Source: the human T2T-CHM13v2.0 reference genome, Homo sapiens
Direction: 5' to 3' (one strand)
Length of the DNA stretch: 64,000 nt
NCBI RefSeq assembly: GCF_009914755.1
Contig: NC_060935.1
Under the pieces are notes generated by a model. The model saw only the letters and a program-made list of their open reading frames with translations. It searched no databases and had not been told where the DNA came from. This document shows, one piece after another, positions 41,125-55,970 of the stretch. A program made the translations under genes and the position numbers. Each line of letters begins with the position of its first letter. Positions within the stretch are counted from its first letter, which is position 1.

Positions 41125-41388
41125 ATGATGTGCGAGGTGATGCCGACCATCAGCGAAGCAGAAGGCCCCCCTGGAGGAGGTGGAGGCCATGGTTCCGGCT
41201 CCCCTTCACAGCCAGATGCAGATTCACATTTTGAACAGTTGATGGTCTCCATGCTAGAAGAAAGGGACCGCCTTCTTGATACACTGAGAGAGACTCAAGA
41301 AACGCTGGCCTTAACCCAGGGGAAGTTACACGAGGTTGGTCATGAAAGAGATTCCTTGCAGAGACAGCTCAACACGGCACTTCCACAG
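41125..41388 (+). CDS. PPFIA1: Liprin-alpha-1, first coding exon (exon 2, 264 nt, codons 1-88); the CDS continues beyond the window
   Basis: Translates to [88 protein letters not shown], which I recognise as the liprin-alpha-1 N-terminus. Acceptor tctttcatttcaag|ATG at 41124/41125; donor ccacag|gtatga at 41388/41389 (phase 0). Confidence 0.97.
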
Positions 41389-43224
41389 GTATGAGTGCTT
41401 TTAACCTGAAACTATAGATTTTTCTCCACTAAATGTTTTTTTATTAGTGTCATCTTTTGTTAATGTTTCAGATGAGTATTTTCCGTAACGATTTGTGAAA
41501 TGATAGTTTCTGGTGTTTGTAAGTCAAATACAAAGTTCCTAGGGATTAAACTTCTTAGGGAGAACAAATCGTTGTACTCTAAAGTCATGTGAAAATACCT
41601 CATTATTTTCATTCCTATCTTTGGGAACTGCCTAGGTTCAGGAAGTTCTCCAGAGTTTTTGAAAAAGGGCTCTGAAGCAACCAATCTATTTGGTGCCTCC
41701 ATTCTGTTGTCTTAAGCCTTTTCTGGCTAAACTTGTACTTCCCATGGATTATCTCATGTATTTCTAATTTCCTAATGTAATTTAATAGACAAATAGGATT
41801 GATTTCACGGAAAAAAAAATTATTTTGATAGCCCACCTTTATCAGAACATCTAGGTTTTGTAAGTCACATTTGTTTTAGGGGATAGAAGACTCGAGATTG
41901 ATTCCTTAGGAACTTTTTCCTTGGCAGATGAGAATTTTAAAGCTTAGGCCGGGTGTGGTGGCTCATGCCTGTAATCCCAGCACTCTGGGAGGCTGAGGCA
42001 GGCGGATCACCTGAGGTCAGGAGTTTGAGACCAGCCTGGCCAACATGGCAAAACCCTGTCTCTACCAAAAATACAAAAATTAGCAGAGCGTGGTAGCGCG
42101 CATCTGTAGTCCCAGCTACTCAGAGGCTGAGGCATGAGAATCACTTGAACCCGGGAGGTGGAGGTTGCAGTGAGCCAAGATTGCACCACTGCTCTCCAGC
42201 CTGTCTCAAAAAAAAAAAAGATTTTTAAAGCTTAGAACAACTGAAATTGTTTCTCTGAGTATGTTACATTTGGACCAGTGTTTGAAAGACTTTGCTCATG
42301 GAGTTGAATGAGGATTTACTTAATGGTAGGTAAAGGGAGAAAGTAAAAACTAGAAGAGTGTAAGGTGAGTGGCACGGGGCATAGTGGGAGAGAAGTGGGT
42401 TATTTATGTGTTTCAGAGCTGTCTAGGCGCCACGTTACTCATCATAAGTGCCTTTGGGGTGCATTCAGGTAGACCCGCATAAGCACACATTTATACTCGC
42501 ATGATGGGTCTGCAGTGATAAATTAGTAAATGAATAAGTACTAGCCTTAATGTGTTTCTTGGCTGTAGTCAGTTCTCCTGAAAGATTGATAAGCCAAACG
42601 TGGGTTTCCTTTTTAGCAACAATAATTTGACGTTAGCGCTCTATGTTCCTTTTTTGTTGGATTAAAGAATCATTAAGATTTTTCTTATTTCAATCTTATA
42701 AATTACCAAGTTTATTTATGTTGAATTTTATTACTACAATTTTAAAAGAAGTAGCCAATTTATGTTTTACCAGGATTTTATTGTATTTGTAATTTAAGGT
42801 ACACGTATTGAAGTGTATATCAAATACTAATATACTTAATAAGGTAGGTTTTGGAAAGAATGGGCACACAAGACATGTCAGGGAAGTGACAGGAGTTTTG
42901 TACAGTTAGTCGCAGGCTGTGGAGGTTGTCACACACACTGGTGACATGGTTGCTCAGTGATTTGTTTCTGGCACTGCTCAGTGTAGCAGCCTGGGAATGC
43001 CTAGTTCAGTGGATAACATGATGATGCCAACGGTTCACGTTACCACCTGAGCACCTGATTCCAGCCTTTCAAAAATGGAAACTATTAAGTAAACTTGTTT
43101 TGGACCCTTCCCTTTCCTGGCATCTGGTTCATCTTTGGTGGCTGGTAGTGTGACCAGATAATGAGTCCAGGAAGTGCATTTGTGCTCCTGGCACATTGTG
43201 GAGGCAAGTTAGAGTGTACTTAAA

Positions 43225-46200
43225 AATATACATAACTATAGCATACAGCAGAAAAATTCACAAATCGTAAGTATACATCTCAGTGGACTTTTCACAAAGT
43301 TAACACACTTGCATACCACCACCCAGATCAAGAAATGGAACATTATCAGGCTTCCTAGAAGTCCCCTCCTAACTATTCCCAGTAGTTGTCCCCCAGAGCT
43401 AACCAAGGTCTTGACCTTTCACCATTGATTACTTTTGCCTGTTCTTGACTTTGTTTAAGTGAAGTAAAATAATCTGTATGTTTTGCTTCTTCATTCTGTC
43501 GTCAGCATCATGTTTGTGAGATGCAGCTTGCTCATTCTCACCTGCTCTCTGGTCATCCCGTGCACGAACAGACAGAACTTATTCTTTCTACTGCTCACAG
43601 ACATTTGGGGTTGTTTCCAGTTTTTACACGTGCTCCCCTAATATTGTTTGTTTTTTGGTGCAGATGTCTATAAACTTTTTTTTTTTTGAGATAGGGTCTC
43701 ACTCTGTTGCCCAGGCTGGAGTGCAGTGGCATGATCTCGGCTCACTGTAGCCTCCACCTCCCAGGTTGAAGCGATTCTCCTGCCTCAGCCTCCCAAGTAG
43801 CTGGGAATACAGGCACGCATCACCACCCTCCGCTAATTTTTGTATTTTTTGTAGAGGTGGGGTTTTACCATGTTGCCCAGGCCGGAGGATATGTGTACAC
43901 TTCTGTTGGATTTCTACAAAGAAGTGGAATGCAAATGATGGTGTGTGCATTTGTTCAGCCTCAGTAGAGAGTGCCAAAAGTGGTGGTTGTGACAGTTTGT
44001 ACTACCCCAGCAATGTATGAGAAGTCAGTTGCTCCTATGCTCTTCAGCACTTGGTATTGTTGGGTCTTTACATTTTAGCTGTTCTGGTGGCTGTTAGCTG
44101 GTAGGTGGCTCAGTATGGTCTGAATTTGCTGCTCCCTGATGGCCAGGAACATGCAGAGGTAAAGCATCTCTACCTGTGTTCACTGGCCACCTGGATGTCT
44201 TTTGTGAAACGGTTATCTTTTGCCCATCTGTTGATTGGGTTGTCTGTTTTGTTTTTTACTGATTTGAAGGAGTTTTCTCTATATTCTGAGTACATATGTG
44301 CATGACAGATTGTTTTTAGACTCTTGTGTTTGCCTTTTCACTCTCTCAGTTGTATCTTTTGATACATAGAAGTGTAAAATTTTTAATGTAGCCCAGTTGA
44401 TCCATCTTTTCAGTAATGTTTAATGCTCTTTGTGTCCTGTTTAAGAAATTTGCTTGGTCAAGTTCATGAGATATTCTACATTGTCTTCTAAAAACTATTT
44501 TTTAATCTTCCATCTGAAATTGACTTTGTTTATGGTATGCGATGGGGCCAAGAGTCTCTCTTTCTTTTTTTAAATGGATATCTAGTTGACCTTGCATAAT
44601 TTCTTAAAAGACTATTCTTTCCCCAGTGTACTACATGCAGTGTCATCTCAGTCCAGTGACTGTAAGTGTGTGGGTCTGTTTCTGGACTCTCTTCTGCTCC
44701 TTTGATCTTTTTGTCATCTTTGCACAAATAGCACAATGTCTAAATTCCCATAGATATAGTCTGTCTTGAGATCTGGTAATTTAAGAAAAGGGTACTCACT
44801 CGGTTGCCCAGACTAGTCTCCAACTCCTGGTGTCAAGCGATCCTCTCACCTTGGTCTCCCAAAGTGCTGGGATTACCACTGTGAGCCACCACACCTGGCC
44901 CTGTAGATATTCTTTATCAAAATGTAAAAATTCTCCTCTTCTTAGTTTGCCAAGAGTTTTTTAAAAACCATGAGCAGGTATTAAATTTCTTAACATGGAT
45001 TTTCTGCATCTTTTGAGACAGTCATGTGATTTTTCTGTTATGTGGGAATTTAACTGTTTTTGTTTGTTTATTTTTGAGATGGGGTCTTGCTCCATTACCC
45101 AGCCCGGAGTGCAGTGGCACCATCATAGCTCGCTGTAGCCTTGAACTCCTGGGCTAAAGTGATCTTCCCACCTCAGCCTCTCAAGTAGTTGGAATTATAG
45201 ACGCACGCCACTGCGCCTTGCTTTTTTTTTTTTTTTTAATTGCATATTGTTTGTAGCCTGGGGAAGCAACTTCAGGAGCTCCTGAGAAAGAGCACCTCCC
45301 TTTTAAAAAAAATTTACAATTGTAGAATAATTCCAACCTGATCTTGATGTATTCTCCTTTTACTGGATTATATTTGGTAGTATTTTGTTTAGGATTATTG
45401 CATTTATATTCACGAGAAAGATTGACTTATAATTTCAGTTTCCTTCAGTACCCTTGTTGGGATTTGGTATCAAGGTTATGCTGGTTTCTTAAAACAAGGT
45501 GGAATGTATTCCTTCTTTTTCTACTCCCTAGAAGAGTTCCTACGAAATTTGTGTTTTCTTCCTTAAATGTTTGAAATAATTCTTTGGCAAAACCAGCTGG
45601 TACAGGGTTTTCCTTGTGAGAAGGAAAAATTTTAGAATTAATTTTATAGGTAGATGTAGGATTTTGAATATTTCTTCATGTGTCTATTTAGATAAAGCAT
45701 TTTTCCCCGCTAGAGATTTGTTCAGGCCACCCAGACTTTCCAATTTGTAAGTTTAAAGTGGTTTGTAATCCTTATTATCTGCAAGATCTGTAGTGATGTT
45801 CCCTTTTAATAATTCTTGATATCAGTAATTCATATATTATCTCTTAATCAGTCTTGTTGGGGGTTTGTCAATTTTGTAAGTTCTTTTAAGGGACCAACTT
45901 TCGGCTTTACATTTTTTTCTACTTACATTTGTTTTCTATTGCATTAATTTCTACTTTTTTTTTTTTGCTTTTTTTTTGTTTGATTGAGATATATATATAT
46001 ATATATATATTTTTTTTTTTTTTCCAGGCACAGTCTCATTGTGTCTCCCAGGGTCAAGTCCTTAGATACTTGAACTGGATTTAACTCCCTCCTACCTTTT
46101 GTGTCATTGTTTTATATATTTCAGTTTAATTTATATTTATTTTTAAAAATAGAGACAGCGTCTTGCTGTATTGCCCCAGCTGGTCTTCAACTCCTGGCCT

Positions 46201-46430
46201 CAGGTGATCCTCCCCCCTTAGCCTCCCAAAACAATGGGATCCAGGCGTGAGCCACTACACGCTTTTAGCTGCATCTTACAAGTTTATGTACTTTAATTTT
46301 AGATATACTTTTGCAGTATCATAATTATTTTGTACAGTTAATGTTTATTTAGATTTATCCTCTTAGTTACCATTTTTGTTGCTCTTCATTCTTTATTGTT
46401 GTTTCATGTTTCTGCCGGGGATTATATTTC
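43225..46430 (-). mobile_element. Old L1M fragments (3' ORF2/3'UTR), antisense to PPFIA1, interspersed with Alus
   Basis: T-rich L1-type text such as accaccacccagatcaagaaatggaacattatcag, cagcacttggtattgtt, ttttgcccatctgttgattgggttg and aaaagactattctttcccca. Confidence 0.75.
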
Positions 46431-46849
46431 TTGTTTTTTTTTTTTCTTTTTTTCTTTTTTGAGACAGAGTCTCGCTCTGTTGCCCAGGCTGAAGTGCAGT
46501 GGCACGATCTTGGCGCACTGCAACCTCCATCTCCCATGTTTGAGCGATTTTCTTGCCTCAGCCTTCTGAGTAGCTGGGACTATAGGCATATGCCACCACA
46601 TCCGGCTAATTGTTGTATTTTTAGTAGAGACTGGGTTTCACCATGTTGGCCAGGCTGGTCTCAAGCTCCTGACCTCAAGTGATCTGCCTGCTTCAGCCTC
46701 CAAAGTGCTGGGATTACAGATGTGAGCCACTGCGCCCAGCCTATATTTCTTTTCCCTGAAGAACTTTCTACGGTATTTCTTTGAGTTCATATCTGTGGAT
46801 AATGAATTGTCATTTTTGTTTGCCTGAAAATTTTCTATTTTGCCTTTAG

Positions 46850-46883
<34 letters not shown>

Positions 46884-47478
46884 GATGGAGTCTCGCTCTG
46901 TCGCCAGTCTGGAGTGCAGTGATGTGATCTTGGCTCACTGCAACCACCGCCTCCCGGGTTCAAGCAATTCTCCTGCCTCAGCCGCCCGAGTAGCTGGAAC
47001 TACAAGCACGTGCCACCACGCCCAGCTAATTTTTGTATTTTTAGTAGAGAAGGTGTTTCACCATGTTGGCCAGGATGGTCTCTATCTGTTGACCTGGTGA
47101 TCTGCCCTCGTCAGCCTCCCAAAGTGCTGGGATTACAGGCGTGAGCCACCATGCCTGGCCTTTTTTTTTTTAAATGTGATGTTTCACCATGTTTGCCAGG
47201 CTGGGGTCAAACTCATTGGCTCAAGCAGCTGCCTGCCTCAGCCTCCCAAACTGCTGGGATTACAGGTGTGAGCCACTGTGCCCAATTTGCCTTCAGTTTT
47301 GAAGGATGATTTTGCTGGGTATAGAATACTGGGATCGTGGTCATTTCCTTGCACCATTTTGTAGCAGCGAATTCATTGTTTTTTTAGCTCGCTTCCTTTT
47401 TCTTGACAAGTCAGCTTTTGGTGTTATTGTTGTCCCATTTGAAGTAATACTTCTTTTTATTTTCCCCTCTGGTTGCTT

Positions 47479-48354
47479 TTTATTTTTATTTTTTGGAGAG
47501 GATATGACTTTTACTGAGTTTATCCACCAGAGTGGAAATAATGTTTGTGCAAAACCAAATGTTTGTTACTATAACTCTCCATCACAATTAAAATCCAAAC
47601 AGTTTTTTGAAAACAGTCAACTCAATCAAAACCCACTACTTCAGAATCAATAGCTTCTTTGAAGCCACAGTAACAAATATGGTTAAGACTTGAATGTAGA
47701 AATTTGTTGGTTGGAAAGCTAATTAAACTTCCAACTTGCTCAAGTAGAATTACAGAAAGGCAGAATTGTGTTTTTCACAGAGATATAGTTCACTGGAATC
47801 AGCCACACTGGACAGCTGGTAGAGTGTTTAGGGTCCTGAGATAATAAGGAATCCAGGCAGCCTTTAGACAGTCTGCTGTTGTCCTTTCTTCCCAATTAGA
47901 GATTTGTGGATGTGTGGAATGACACCTTTACCAGCAATTGTAGACTTGAAGAGAGAGCCCAATTCTTTATCTCCACGAATGGCAAGTTGCAAGTAATGAG
48001 GGGTAGTATGCTTTACTGTGAAGTCTTTTGACGCATTTCTTGCCAGTTCAAGTACCTCTGCGGTGAGGTACTCCAGGATGGCTGTGCTATTCACAGCGGC
48101 AGTCGCGCCCACACGTCCAGGACTGATTGTCCTAGATTTCAGGTGTCAGTGAATACGGCCCACCAGGAACTGCAAATTGGCTCTCTTGTGAGTGGGAAGC
48201 TGCCTTTGTTGGCCTTTCTGGAGTCCTTCCCAGCCTTACTGCCAGCCATTTTCAATTCTGCTGAAGCTCAAACAGGCAAGGCAGAGAAAGGACTAATCAG
48301 ACACACAGCAAGATCTCACCATCTACTCATTCCTCACACCAGGATTTGAAGCTG
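47479..48354 (-). pseudogene. H2AZP4: Processed pseudogene of H2A.Z.1 (H2AZ1/H2AFZ), near full-length with both UTRs
   Basis: Minus strand reads ATGGCTGGCAGTAAGGCTGG from 48249 to the TAA at 47864-47866, with residual H2A.Z peptide [14 protein letters not shown]...[15 protein letters not shown]. Intronless; UTRs match H2AZ1 as I recall them. Against the recalled parent there is a -2 indel, a +1 indel and a CGA>TGA stop. Poly(A) remnant about 47477-47494. 13-bp TSD cctctggt(t/g)gctt at 47466-47478 and 48355-48367. The symbol is from memory of the locus and is less certain than the parent assignment. Confidence 0.95.
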
Positions 48355-48670
48355 CCTCTGGTGGCTTGTAACATTTTCTTTGCTTCAGGCATTAGCAAAA
48401 CTTGGTATTTGTTGTATTGGTGGCCTGGTTCCTAATCAATTTTGGAAGTTTTGGCTCTTCTCTCTATAAATATTCCTATTTTCCACTCATCTTCACTCAG
48501 AGGGCCTCCATTTTTGTGTACATTAGGCATTTTTTTTTTTTTTGAGATGGAGTTTCGCTATTGTTGCCCAAGTTGGAGTGCAATGGTGTGATATACATTA
48601 GGCTTTTATCATGTCCTATGTGTCTCTTGTGCTCCTTTCCGTATTTTCTAGACCTTTTCTGTGTATGTGT

Positions 48671-48674
<4 letters not shown>

Positions 48675-48714
<40 letters not shown>
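48675..48714. repeat. (GT)20 microsatellite
   Basis: Perfect dinucleotide run, read directly. Confidence 0.97.
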
Positions 48715-48716
<2 letters not shown>

Positions 48717-49228
48717 TTAGTTTTTAGAGACTGGGTCTCTCTGTTGCCCAGGGTGGTCTTGAACTCTTGGGCTCAAGCAGTCTTCCTGCCTTGGCCTCCT
48801 AAACTGTTGGGACTACAGGCGTGAGCCACCGTGTCCGGCCTGTGTGTGTGTGGGGGATGTGTGTGTGTGTATATTTTTGGGACAGGGTCTCGCTCTGTTG
48901 CCCAGGCTGTAGTGTAGTGGTGCAGTCTCAGCTCACTGCAGCATCTGCCTTCTGGGCTCAAGCGATCCTCCCACCTCAGCTCCTGAGTAGCAGGGACTAC
49001 AGGTGCGTGCCACCACACCTGGCTAATTTCTGTATTTTCAGTGGAGGTGGGGTTTTGCCATGTTGCACAGACTGGTCTCAAACTCCTGGACTTAAGTGAT
49101 CCACTTGCCTCAGTCTCCGAAAGTGTTGGGATTACAGGCATGAGCTAGCATGTGTGTATATATGTGTGTATATATATATACGTACATACATATATATATA
49201 AAAATATATATGTATATAAAAATTTTTA

Positions 49229-49690
<462 letters not shown>

Positions 49691-51435
49691 TAAATTTTTT
49701 GTAGAGGCAGGGTCTTGCTATTTTGCCCAAGCTGTTCTTAAACTCCTGACCTCAAGTGAGCCTCCTACCTTGACATGTCAAAGCACTGGGATTACAGGTG
49801 TGAGCTATTGTGCCCAAAATCTAAAGTCCAGATTTTTTTTACTGACCCATCTTCCACCTCACTCATCCCCTCTTCATTTGTGTCCAATCTGCTGTTTAGC
49901 CCATAGATTGAGTTCTTAATTTCAGTTATAATTTTCAGTTCTAGAGTCTGCTTAATTCCTTTTACTATTCTAGTTCTCTAGTGAAATTTTTTCCTTTTGT
50001 CAAGTATATTTTTGAATAGTTGACATTTGCATCTGATAACTCTATTATATGGGTCACCTCCGGATCCATTTCTGTTTTTCTTTTTTCTCTAGGTTCATTT
50101 GTTGATAACGCCCATTTTTGTTTTTTTAATTGAGTCAGACATTATGTATGAAAAACTGTAGAAAGCGCTGGGTGATGCTGTCTTCCTTCAGAAAGTTTCC
50201 CTCTGTCATCTGGCACATGCCCAGAGTAGGGACAGATCATCTCAGCTCAGTCAGGGCCTGGGTGACCAGAGGCTGGGATTCAGTCAGTAAGCGTCAGTTG
50301 AAGCTGCCTTCCCCCAACCTCCTGCTCCTGGTGTAACCATCCGGGGGTTCCATCTGAAACCCTGGAGTGTTTCCCAGGGCCCCTCTTTCTTGGCGTGTCC
50401 TGGAGCCCAAGTTTTGTCTCCTTAACGCCATGAGACTACTGAAAGCCCAGCTTCTCGGCCAGGTTTGCAGAGTGTTGGGCTCATTTCCTGTGTCTCCCTT
50501 TTCTCTGGGATCTTGGCCCCTTAAGTCCTGGCTGACTGTCAGGCCTGTACTTCTTTTTGTCTCCCCAGACCCTTGGGGCTTTCTAGAGCTCTGTAGCCTC
50601 TACTTTCTGCTGAGTTTTCTTCCCAGTTATCAGTGTACTGCCCCCAAATCCTTCCAAATTGTCAAATGCACTGACAGAAAGAGTGGGGGCTCTGAATAGT
50701 GGACTCACCTCAGTGGGCCTCTCTTTGGTTTGGAATGTTGGTCCCTTCATTTGTGGCTGCCTTGGCATCTCTTTGATGCCTGCAGACTTTCAAGTCATAC
50801 TCACCTTTTCTAGTTTTTGGTGGGTTGCCGGGCTACAGGCCACCCCGCGTATCACTGAAACTGGAGCTGAAGCGGGCGTGCTCTCTCTGTCTGCAGCATA
50901 TGCGGAGTCTGGAGACATTGGTTATCATTACTTGATAGGGAGCATACAGAACCCACTCACCTCGCTTAGGCTACCTTGTCCAGTTTCTTTTTTTTTTTTC
51001 CAGTCTGCTTCTCATGACATTGTCCAGTTTCTAATCAGAATCCCCCATTTGCCCCTGCCCAGTCACTTAACCACTTAAAGACAGTAGAGCAAGTGGCCTG
51101 CCCAGCGGGAGACACAGCCCTTGGCCTCCAATTCCCGTCTTGGCCACTGTGTGGGCTGTTCCACCCTGCTGTAGTCTCTACTCTTCCCCATGCCCTGTGT
51201 CAGACCGAGGGAGGGTTTGTGATGACATATCTGGCAGTGGCAAAGAAGGAGGCTAGGGAGGTAGGAGAGGTTGTGTGCGTGGTGTTTAGTCTTACTTTGG
51301 AGATGGGGTCTTGCTGTGTTGCCTAGGCTGATCTCCAACTCCAGGGCTCAAGCCATCCTTCTGCCTTGGCTTCCTGAGTAGCTACCACTACAGGCATGAA
51401 CCAGTGTGCCCAGCTACCTAATGTTTATTCTATGA

Positions 51436-52004
<569 letters not shown>

Positions 52005-52785
52005 TAGTCTTGAACTTCTGACCTCAGGTGATCTGCCCGCCTCAGCCTCCCACAGTGCTGGGATTACAGGCATGAGCCATCATGCCTGACCGACTGACCG
52101 AGTGCTTTTTTTTTTTTTTAAAGCAAATATTGCCTTTGGGCTTCTCTCTAATTTCATTTTAAAGTTTCAGTTGCATTTTCAAATGGAGATTTTATTTTAA
52201 ACTGGAGTGCAGTGATTTTTACAGTCTTTTTGAAAGCAACAAATGAGATTTTTAGAAGACCTCTTGCTTGAAGAACTCTTTTGTGTGAAACCTAGAAGAG
52301 AGACTGTTCACCTTTCATTGCAGGTGAGGTCCCAAATTTTGCCAGTCTCTCTCCCAATCTGCCAATCCCTGAAGCAGGGGGTACAAAACTCAGAAGATTC
52401 TAAGGAATGAGGTCTTCAAATCAAATCCAAACTTAGTGAAAAAGAAGTCTACCTGTGTCAGGGGTGTTCCCTGTCAAAGTGATGGGTGAGCTTCAGCTGG
52501 TTGCAGTGGAAGGTGTGCTGGATGGATTGAGGAGGCGAGAGGGTGCAAGACAGCCCATTTAGGAGGCAGTTCCTGCAATGTGGGCATGAAGTGTTACAGC
52601 CCAAACTAGGATGCTAGAATCCGAGGGCAGAGGGCAGTAGAAAAGAACAACCTGGCGGAATTGTGTAGGACTAGAGGATGACAGCCGAGTGGCAGATACC
52701 AGGGTCAAGCTTGCGGGGAGAAGGGGGACGGGGGTGGGGGAGAGTAAAGAGGAGACGCTGGTGTTTGGTGGTGTTGAGAGGTATT

Positions 52786-52882
52786 TGTGGTTGTCACAGC
52801 TAGGGCAGGGATGCTCCTAAACATTCTGCAGTGGAGCCCCCTCAACAAAGAATTATCTGGCCCCAAATGTTGGAAGTGTCCA
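52786..52882. mobile_element. MER20 (hAT-Charlie) fragment
   Basis: ggttgtcaca...cagggatgctcctaaacattctgca...caacaaagaattatctggccccaaatgt. Confidence 0.7.
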
Positions 52883-52906
52883 GGTTTAGGTATAAAGAAT
52901 CAGAAG

Positions 52907-53022
52907 CTTTTCTCAAGTATTGCTGTTAGGTTGGTGCAAAAGTACTTGCGGATTTTGCTTTACTTTTAATGGCAAAAACCGCAATTATTTTTGCTTCAAC
53001 CTAATATGATGCAAAATTGGCT
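52907..53022 (+). ncRNA. MIR548K: microRNA 548k precursor; mature AAAAGUACUUGCGGAUUUUGCU at 52938-52959
   Basis: Long imperfect palindrome ttaggttggtgcaaaagtacttgcggattttgc...gcaaaaaccgcaattatttttgcttcaacctaa. Matches my recollection of hsa-mir-548k and its location in a PPFIA1 intron. Confidence 0.9.
52926..53004. mobile_element. MADE1 MITE (Hsmar1-derived), source of the miR-548k hairpin
   Basis: About 80 bp with terminal inverted repeats TTAGGTTGGTGCAAAAGTA / TTTTGCTTCAACCTAA. TA follows on the right; the left flank reads TG. Confidence 0.93.
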
Positions 53023-53928
53023 ACAACTGTAATTTGTTGAGTGCTGCAAACAAGGTACTTGCTAAGCTTAACTTTAGTGAACAAATTAGGAAGAATTGGA
53101 ATAAGGTAAAACTAGCTAAATGACTCTTCCCTGAGAATAAATACTAATGACTGCCCCTTCAGATGGTGCCCCCTCATCTGCTTTACTGACTGTTTCTTAG
53201 TAGTAGTTGGCAAAACACCTCTTAAAATACCATACTTGTTTTCATCGTCTTTGGTGTATGAAATAGTTGAATATATCCTTTCAGAATAATATTTGGCCAT
53301 TTACATCTCTCTTTTGCACACACTGAATTTGCCATCTTGTCTTCCTGTTCCTACACCTTTAATTGTCAGCAAGGAGACAGAGTCCTTCCTCCTATTTTGT
53401 TGAGCCCTGTGTGAATATTACCGTTCTAGGCTCCTGCAGTCAGTGGTAGAGACAGGGTCTCTGCCTGCAGAAGACTTTCACAATATACCCATGCTCAAAG
53501 CAGGTGCAGGTTGCGAGACACATCCAGATAGAATGAAGTGGTTCAGAAGAAATCCATGATCTCGACTGAGTGGGGTGGGCTGCCAGGCACACTGTGGTCC
53601 AGAAAGGTGAGGCTTTCGAGGGGATTGGCTTAGAGCTGAGGGATGAAGGCTAAGAGGAACCAGGTATGAGAGCTTTCTTGGCGGTGGGGCTACTTGAGCA
53701 AAGGCCAGAGCAAGGGAGAGCTTAGCATTTAGCTGAGTCAAAGCTGGGGTCTGTGGCCATGGTTACTTGGCCTGGAGGGAAGGGAAGAGTGAACATGGTA
53801 AGGTTGGCTAGGTAGGTTGGGATGGGATCAGACAGAGGTGAAGACTTGCTTGTTTTTGTTTTAAGTACCTTAGGGCTTCAGTACTTTGCGTGCATCGTGG
53901 CCTCAGGGGAGGGAATGATGTGATTTAG

Positions 53929-54178
<250 letters not shown>

Positions 54179-54292
54179 TGACCTCAGGTGATCCTCCCTC
54201 CTTGGCCTCCCAAGTTTTTAAAAGATCATGCTATGTGGATAATGAGCTGGGGATGGAGGGAAGAATGGACCTAGGGTGGAAACCACTGGTTA

Positions 54293-54664
<372 letters not shown>

Positions 54665-55173
54665 TCACATAAGGCACAGAACAATGTGTACTTTTTAATT
54701 ATCATATACATAAATGCATACTGTTTTCATGCAGTATACATAATGTTTATGTATATAGTGTATACATGAATGTATTCAGGTATTTTGAGTGTCTGTATGT
54801 GGCATGCACCGTTCTAGGTGCTGAATATTCCATAGGTAAAAAGGGTTATTTAGCCCACATTTTTTTCGTTGTATGAAGAGAAATGGAAAAAACCAAACTT
54901 ACATAGTTCGGTTTGAGCAAGTTAAATGCATGGATGATGTAATGTGGGAGCACTTTCCACTTTTCGTTGATGTTTGTGTAGGCAGAACTAGGGAGGTGGT
55001 TTTCCTTGGGAGTTTCAGCTGCCCACTGTACTCCTCCACTCTTGGCCACTGTGCCTCGCAGGTGCCTTACCTGACTGCCATGCTGTGTACTTTCATTTGG
55101 GCAGGCTTTGGGCTCCTTAAATTCAATATTGGCTCAAACCATCTTTCCCCCGCATCCGTACCCCATCCTGTGA

Positions 55174-55533
<360 letters not shown>

Positions 55534-55858
55534 TAGTCTCCAGGACCTGTGGGATGGACCTTTCCATCTCTTGGAGGTTACCCCTGAGGCCCACTGACTC
55601 TCAGACCCGAACCCTTTGTCTTCACCGGGTTGACTCCCATGGCCCCTGTTCTGGAGCCTCTCTGCAGTATCTTATCCCTTTTTGCAGCAAGATCTTTCTT
55701 TCTTTCTTTTTTTTTTTTTTTTTTTTTGAGACAGGGTCTCACTTTATCACCCAGGTGGAGTGCAGTGGTGTGATCGGGCTCAAGCAATGCTCCTACCTCA
55801 GCCTTCTAAGAAGCTGGGACTACAGGTGTGCGCCACTATGGTTGGCTAATGTTTTTTC

Positions 55859-55970
55859 TGTGTGTGTATACACACATATATATACACATATATATACACA
55901 TATACTATATATATACATATACACATATATGCACATACACACACACACACACACACACATACATATATGT
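55859..55970. repeat. Compound (TA)/(CA) microsatellite inside an Alu linker; similar tracts at 45989-46010 and about 49151-49217
   Basis: Read directly. Confidence 0.9.

Noticed and set aside
47864-48112. 82-aa H2A.Z-like ORF as a functional histone gene
   Set aside because: GTG-started remnant of a retrocopy with upstream frameshifts, a stop, non-conservative substitutions, a poly(A) remnant and TSDs.
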